Below are positions 28,878 to 32,151 of a stretch of DNA of 32,151 nt, in pieces. The notes beneath the pieces were generated by a model, which saw nothing but the letters and a program-made list of their open reading frames with translations, made no database searches and was not told the DNA's origin. Within the stretch, counting starts at the first letter, position 1. Each line of letters opens with the position of its first letter. Both the position numbers and the translations under genes were made by a program. The DNA comes from Thermodesulfobacteriota bacterium. Its GTDB lineage: Bacteria > Desulfobacterota > S145-22. The DNA lies in NCBI GenBank assembly GCA_024763435.1, contig JANTFN010000003.1:1-32151 (forward strand), read 5' to 3'.

Positions 28878-29062
28878 GGCAATTTCCCTCCTGTTGCAAG
28901 CTTGAATGTTAACATTTTTGAACTCAACCTGTTTGGCTCGGGGCTTCTTTTCATGACAGTGATGGTTTTGTCGATGTCGGTCTGTTTGGTTTTCGCTATG
29001 CCCAAAAGCCCCATAAACAGGAAACGCAATACAGTTATTGCCGGAATGACAATTTTTCTCAC
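28874..29062 (-). CDS. Small ORF or gene relic between D and C
   Basis: GTG start, basic then hydrophobic N-terminus (MRKIVIPAITVLRFLFMGLLGIA), stop overlaps the start of C (ATGA); no recognisable domain. Confidence 0.25.
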   Translation of the reverse strand: MRKIVIPAITVLRFLFMGLLGIAKTKQTDIDKTITVMKRSPEPNRLSSKMLTFKLATGGKLP

Positions 29063-29153
29063 AGGGTCACCTTTAGGGGTTGTTGTTTTTCGACACCTGC
29101 GAACAAGATAAGAGAAGTTTCTCCTCCCTTATTTTTCTGATTGGATTTCCATC

Positions 29154-31910
29154 TTACCTCCTGCAACCACGGTCAGGTAAGTGAAACATTGAAGAAAGAC
29201 CGTACACATAGTTTCTAAAACCATTAGGATACACCACGATGTTTGCAGGGATTCCTCGGTCATTTGTAAAACAACTGCAATAAGGATAGCCACCGCTACT
29301 ACTCTCGCCGAATCTCCAGCACAGACTTCCAGAAGGTGGCTGGTCATAGGATATCCAGATTTCACCACAATACCGCATAATTTCATGGAAGAAAGACTGA
29401 GCCGCGCCACAACTCGAGTTGCCGCTAACATACAGACAAACAACAGATACCCGAACCGAAGCATCCAGGGGGCTTTCCCAGTGGATCTGTCTGCCGTGTC
29501 TGCATCCGGATGTATTGGTCCAGACCCGGAAACCGGCATACCTTACTTCGAAATAACTGCCCAAGCCGTAGTTAGAAGGATCAGACGTATCGGAGACGCG
29601 AATCGCATAATGCGAACCACCATGCAGGGGCACTTCTTCTCCATGAAAAATCCACTGGCCTTCAGATACGCGATTTCCGCCTATATTCCACGTAAACCTT
29701 TGCTCGTTCCCACTAAATACCCCCTGGTTTCGGCTTAAGACCATAACCTCTGTTCCGCTTTCGTCCACAACTGAAATGCGAACGGAGCGTACCCCGGTGT
29801 GTGAGTGTTCTAATGGCCATTGGAATCGAATGACAGTAGGGTTGGCTATATAGCGCACGCCGCCACCATGCATTACCTTGATCGGGCCGGTGACGGAAAA
29901 CGTTTCGCTTATTCCTTCGGTAGGGCCGTTTCTATCTACAACTTTGATCCGGTAATCGGATGCCGGAGACAGATCGGCGGGGATAGGCCAGCTGAGAGAG
30001 TAGGACTCGGATGCCCCATGCCATATGGCACGTTCTGCGGGGATTGTAAGCACGGTATCAGCGCCACGCTTCAGCTGAACCAGAAAAGCGCGTTCTGCGG
30101 GGTAATGGCCATTGATACGCCAGGCAATAATCTGGGTGCTGCCGCGCGGCCAGCTGATCGGCGTGTGTCCTGGTGTTACGAGCCGAATCTCCCAGGCCGT
30201 ATGGGTTCCCCCGCCTCCCTCAGAAGCTCCCCCTTCCCCTATTGGCCGGATGGGAAATGTGACAAATCCGCTTGCTTTGGGATGCGTGGCAAGGATGGTA
30301 TAATTACCATAAGAGATGCCGGATGGGATTTCGAAGTGCAGCGTGTGGATTGCCTGATGCATCGTGCCCGCCCCTTCCGGGAGATATTCTTGCGTCTGTT
30401 CCGCTTCAACGCTGCCGTTGTGGTAGAGCTGAAAGGTAATTGTGCCGGGTTCGACCCGTCGGTTGAACTGATACCTGACGGTCATGGTTCCGCCCGTATG
30501 CTGGACATCATCCCTGGAAGGCTCTAAAAAGTCTATTCGCGCCAAGTTTCTCGTGATCTGAAATTCATCGCTTTCACCGTAGGCGTCGGATGCGGAATGG
30601 CTGGCTGAAATATAATAGCGCCCGATGGGGGTATCCTCCCGGAGCGTTAAAAGAGCCGGAACGCCTGGATGGGCGGGAACAGTTATGGTGCCGGCGTTGG
30701 TGCCGGTCCTGCTGAGGACGGAGAAGGTAATGTCGCCGTCCGACACATCCTCCCGGGTAATCTCATAAATGATATGGATGGTTTCACCCTGGTAATATTT
30801 TGCCGGGCCGACAGGATTGAGAATATGGATTCCCCTGTCAAGTATCATGGGGACCATTGATGGGGGTGACGGTTTCGCCCTTTTGGCCATCATCAAAGGT
30901 GAAACGGGTGTTTTTTTTGTATGTCCTGTGGAAAATGTTGAAGCCGTTTTCTGCTTCAATCTTTCAGATGGGGTAAGCAGAGATGTTTTGGATTTACCAC
31001 TTGGGAGTTGAGCAGTTGAAACCTGGACTTTGGCGCGCCGGGTCAGTTTGAACCCCGTATCGAACTCGACATATTTGCCTTTATTGAGCGCGCCTTTGGG
31101 GTCGATCCTGCTCAAGGACCAGGTCTTGTTCTTCGCTCCCAGCGACAACATTAAGCGCCCCTTGTCATAATGCCCCCGCGTAAACTTTCCCTTGCCTTTG
31201 TTTCTCACACGGAGATGGACGATGCCGTCCTTGAGATATATCTTTTCCACGGAAAGCAGGGGAAATAGCGCGGGCTTCTCTGGTGTTCCCGGGCCGGGCG
31301 ATAGTTTCTGCTTCTGCTTTGCCAGACGCAGGGCTTTTTGAGCTTCCGTTTTCTTGGCGAAAAAACGCCCCCGCCTTGTCAGGCAGGTCCTGCGGGTGAT
31401 TTCGAAAATCCGGTTGTTTAACAGGCACCAGCCTTTTAGTTCACAGGCTGAGGTGGCTTTGGTTTTGTCTGTAAAGAATTTTCCTTTCTTTTTCAGGCAT
31501 TCACCTTTCTTCATTTTGGAAACCTTGTGGTCAATGCAGCAGTAACCCGGTTGACTCATCTCGCAATACAGGTCCGCCGCGTTTTTTTTCTTAAAGAAAT
31601 GCCCTTTGTTTTTCAGGCAGTTCCCCTTATTCGAGGAAACCACCTTGCCATTCAGGCAGCAGTATCCGGGGGTCTGGGCGTCGCAGTAACTCTCGGCAGC
31701 CTCGCGGGTTGCAAAGAAGTGCCCCTTCTGTTTTGAACACATTGCGGCGGTGGTCTTAACGGTTTTACCGCTCTTGCAGCACCACCCGATGGTCTGGCCT
31801 CCTTTTCCCCCTTTTGAGGCCTGCCTGGCATGTGAAGATATAACGGCTCCCACAGTTCCCAGAAGCGCCACAAGCAGGAAGATTATCAAGTGCTTTGCCT
31901 GATTTTTCAT
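29154..31910 (-). CDS. Secreted Cys-repeat protein D (4 repeats; ~5 Ig-like modules)
   Basis: Signal peptide ending SSHA; DRGIH entry into the Ig region shared with C; YGESDEFQI, GISETFSV, YGLGSYFEV, YGLSSMFHL module ends. Confidence 0.9.
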   Translation of the reverse strand: MKNQAKHLIIFLLVALLGTVGAVISSHARQASKGGKGGQTIGWCCKSGKTVKTTAAMCSKQKGHFFATREAAESYCDAQTPGYCCLNGKVVSSNKGNCLKNKGHFFKKKNAADLYCEMSQPGYCCIDHKVSKMKKGECLKKKGKFFTDKTKATSACELKGWCLLNNRIFEITRRTCLTRRGRFFAKKTEAQKALRLAKQKQKLSPGPGTPEKPALFPLLSVEKIYLKDGIVHLRVRNKGKGKFTRGHYDKGRLMLSLGAKNKTWSLSRIDPKGALNKGKYVEFDTGFKLTRRAKVQVSTAQLPSGKSKTSLLTPSERLKQKTASTFSTGHTKKTPVSPLMMAKRAKPSPPSMVPMILDRGIHILNPVGPAKYYQGETIHIIYEITREDVSDGDITFSVLSRTGTNAGTITVPAHPGVPALLTLREDTPIGRYYISASHSASDAYGESDEFQITRNLARIDFLEPSRDDVQHTGGTMTVRYQFNRRVEPGTITFQLYHNGSVEAEQTQEYLPEGAGTMHQAIHTLHFEIPSGISYGNYTILATHPKASGFVTFPIRPIGEGGASEGGGGTHTAWEIRLVTPGHTPISWPRGSTQIIAWRINGHYPAERAFLVQLKRGADTVLTIPAERAIWHGASESYSLSWPIPADLSPASDYRIKVVDRNGPTEGISETFSVTGPIKVMHGGGVRYIANPTVIRFQWPLEHSHTGVRSVRISVVDESGTEVMVLSRNQGVFSGNEQRFTWNIGGNRVSEGQWIFHGEEVPLHGGSHYAIRVSDTSDPSNYGLGSYFEVRYAGFRVWTNTSGCRHGRQIHWESPLDASVRVSVVCLYVSGNSSCGAAQSFFHEIMRYCGEIWISYDQPPSGSLCWRFGESSSGGYPYCSCFTNDRGIPANIVVYPNGFRNYVYGLSSMFHLPDRGCRR
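31329..31787 (-). repeat. 4 x G[WY]CC Cys-rich repeat in protein D
   Basis: Same consensus as in A. Confidence 0.92.
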
Positions 31911-31946
31911 GATTTACCCCCCATTTTAATGTTGCAGGATTGTGTT

Positions 31947-31986
31947 TCTTTATAAGTAAGTGCCAAAATCACCGAAAAGGTTCATT
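31947..31986 (-). promoter_or_regulatory. Conserved 40-bp upstream element, copy 2
   Basis: 38/40 identical to 25606-25645; ~36 bp upstream of the ATG of D. Confidence 0.7.
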
Positions 31987-32151
31987 GATTATGAAATATT
32001 TTTTTACATATTTCAATTTTGTTATATGAAAAATCTTTAAAACCAACCCTTGTGTCACCTCCAGTATCGGAAAAAATTTATTTTTTTCAGTGCATCTGAA
32101 TTTTTAAAAAATCTAAGGGACCGGAGCGTTAAAAGGCTGAAATACATTGTT

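Noticed and set aside
29129-29539. 136-aa ORF suggesting a frameshift at the end of D
   Set aside because: D's own frame ends with the family-typical YG.S..F.L module end
20858-31910. Multiheme cytochromes or Fe-S proteins
   Set aside because: No CxxCH or ferredoxin spacing seen; Sec-type signals and paired Cys loss favour disulfides
18079-31910. Polymorphic toxin locus, diversity-generating retroelement or shufflon
   Set aside because: No toxin motifs or immunity genes, no reverse transcriptase or adenine-specific template/variable repeat pair, no invertase or inverted cassettes in the window
1-32151. Genome-wide TAG recoding
   Set aside because: lnt, the porin, rlmD and others end in TAG at expected positions; long genes contain no internal TAG
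1-32151. CRISPR arrays, tRNA, rRNA, IS elements
   Set aside because: No repeat-spacer periodicity, RNA gene or transposase recognised by eye

Overview
Bacterial chromosomal window. The gene content (Lnt, Kdo-kinase-like protein, AlgE-type porin, tungstate-binding proteins) points to a Gram-negative, probably anaerobic, Desulfobacterota-like organism; this is an inference only. It has four zones. (1) 1-1949: two tandem DUF1254/DUF1214 genes. (2) ~1957-5553: a decaying integron cassette array with no integrase in the window (CALIN-like). It has six attC-like sites, all degenerate, around GNAT (in-frame TAG), DUF1232, hicA/hicB (hicB has an in-frame TAG), a membrane protein, a CsaA/Trbp111-like protein and a PhzF stub joined to an amidohydrolase fragment. 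In three cassettes the flanking core sites are complementary except that the crossover triplet reads ATT instead of GTT. (3) 5671-17932: housekeeping genes (lnt, acyl-CoA thioesterase, FmdB Zn ribbon, Kdo kinase family, alpha/beta hydrolase, HD-GYP, RlmD family, YeeE/YedE). This zone also holds an oxyanion operon: an HTH-PBP regulator, an alginate-export-family porin and an unusual TupA-WtpA fusion, with no permease or ATPase. (4) 18079-31986: five large secreted proteins on the minus strand. Four are paralogues built as signal peptide + 3-5 copies of a ~40-aa G[WY]CC Cys-rich basic repeat + a conserved ~80-aa domain + unrelated Ig-like (CARDB, IPT, Ser/Thr-rich-type) C-termini. Their N-terminal modules are visibly shuffled between copies, including an exact 120-bp repeat indel. 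One copy apparently starts at ATA, and a 40-bp upstream element is duplicated. This array is the best candidate for an undescribed variable surface-protein system. All family assignments are from motif recognition by eye, not from database searches.
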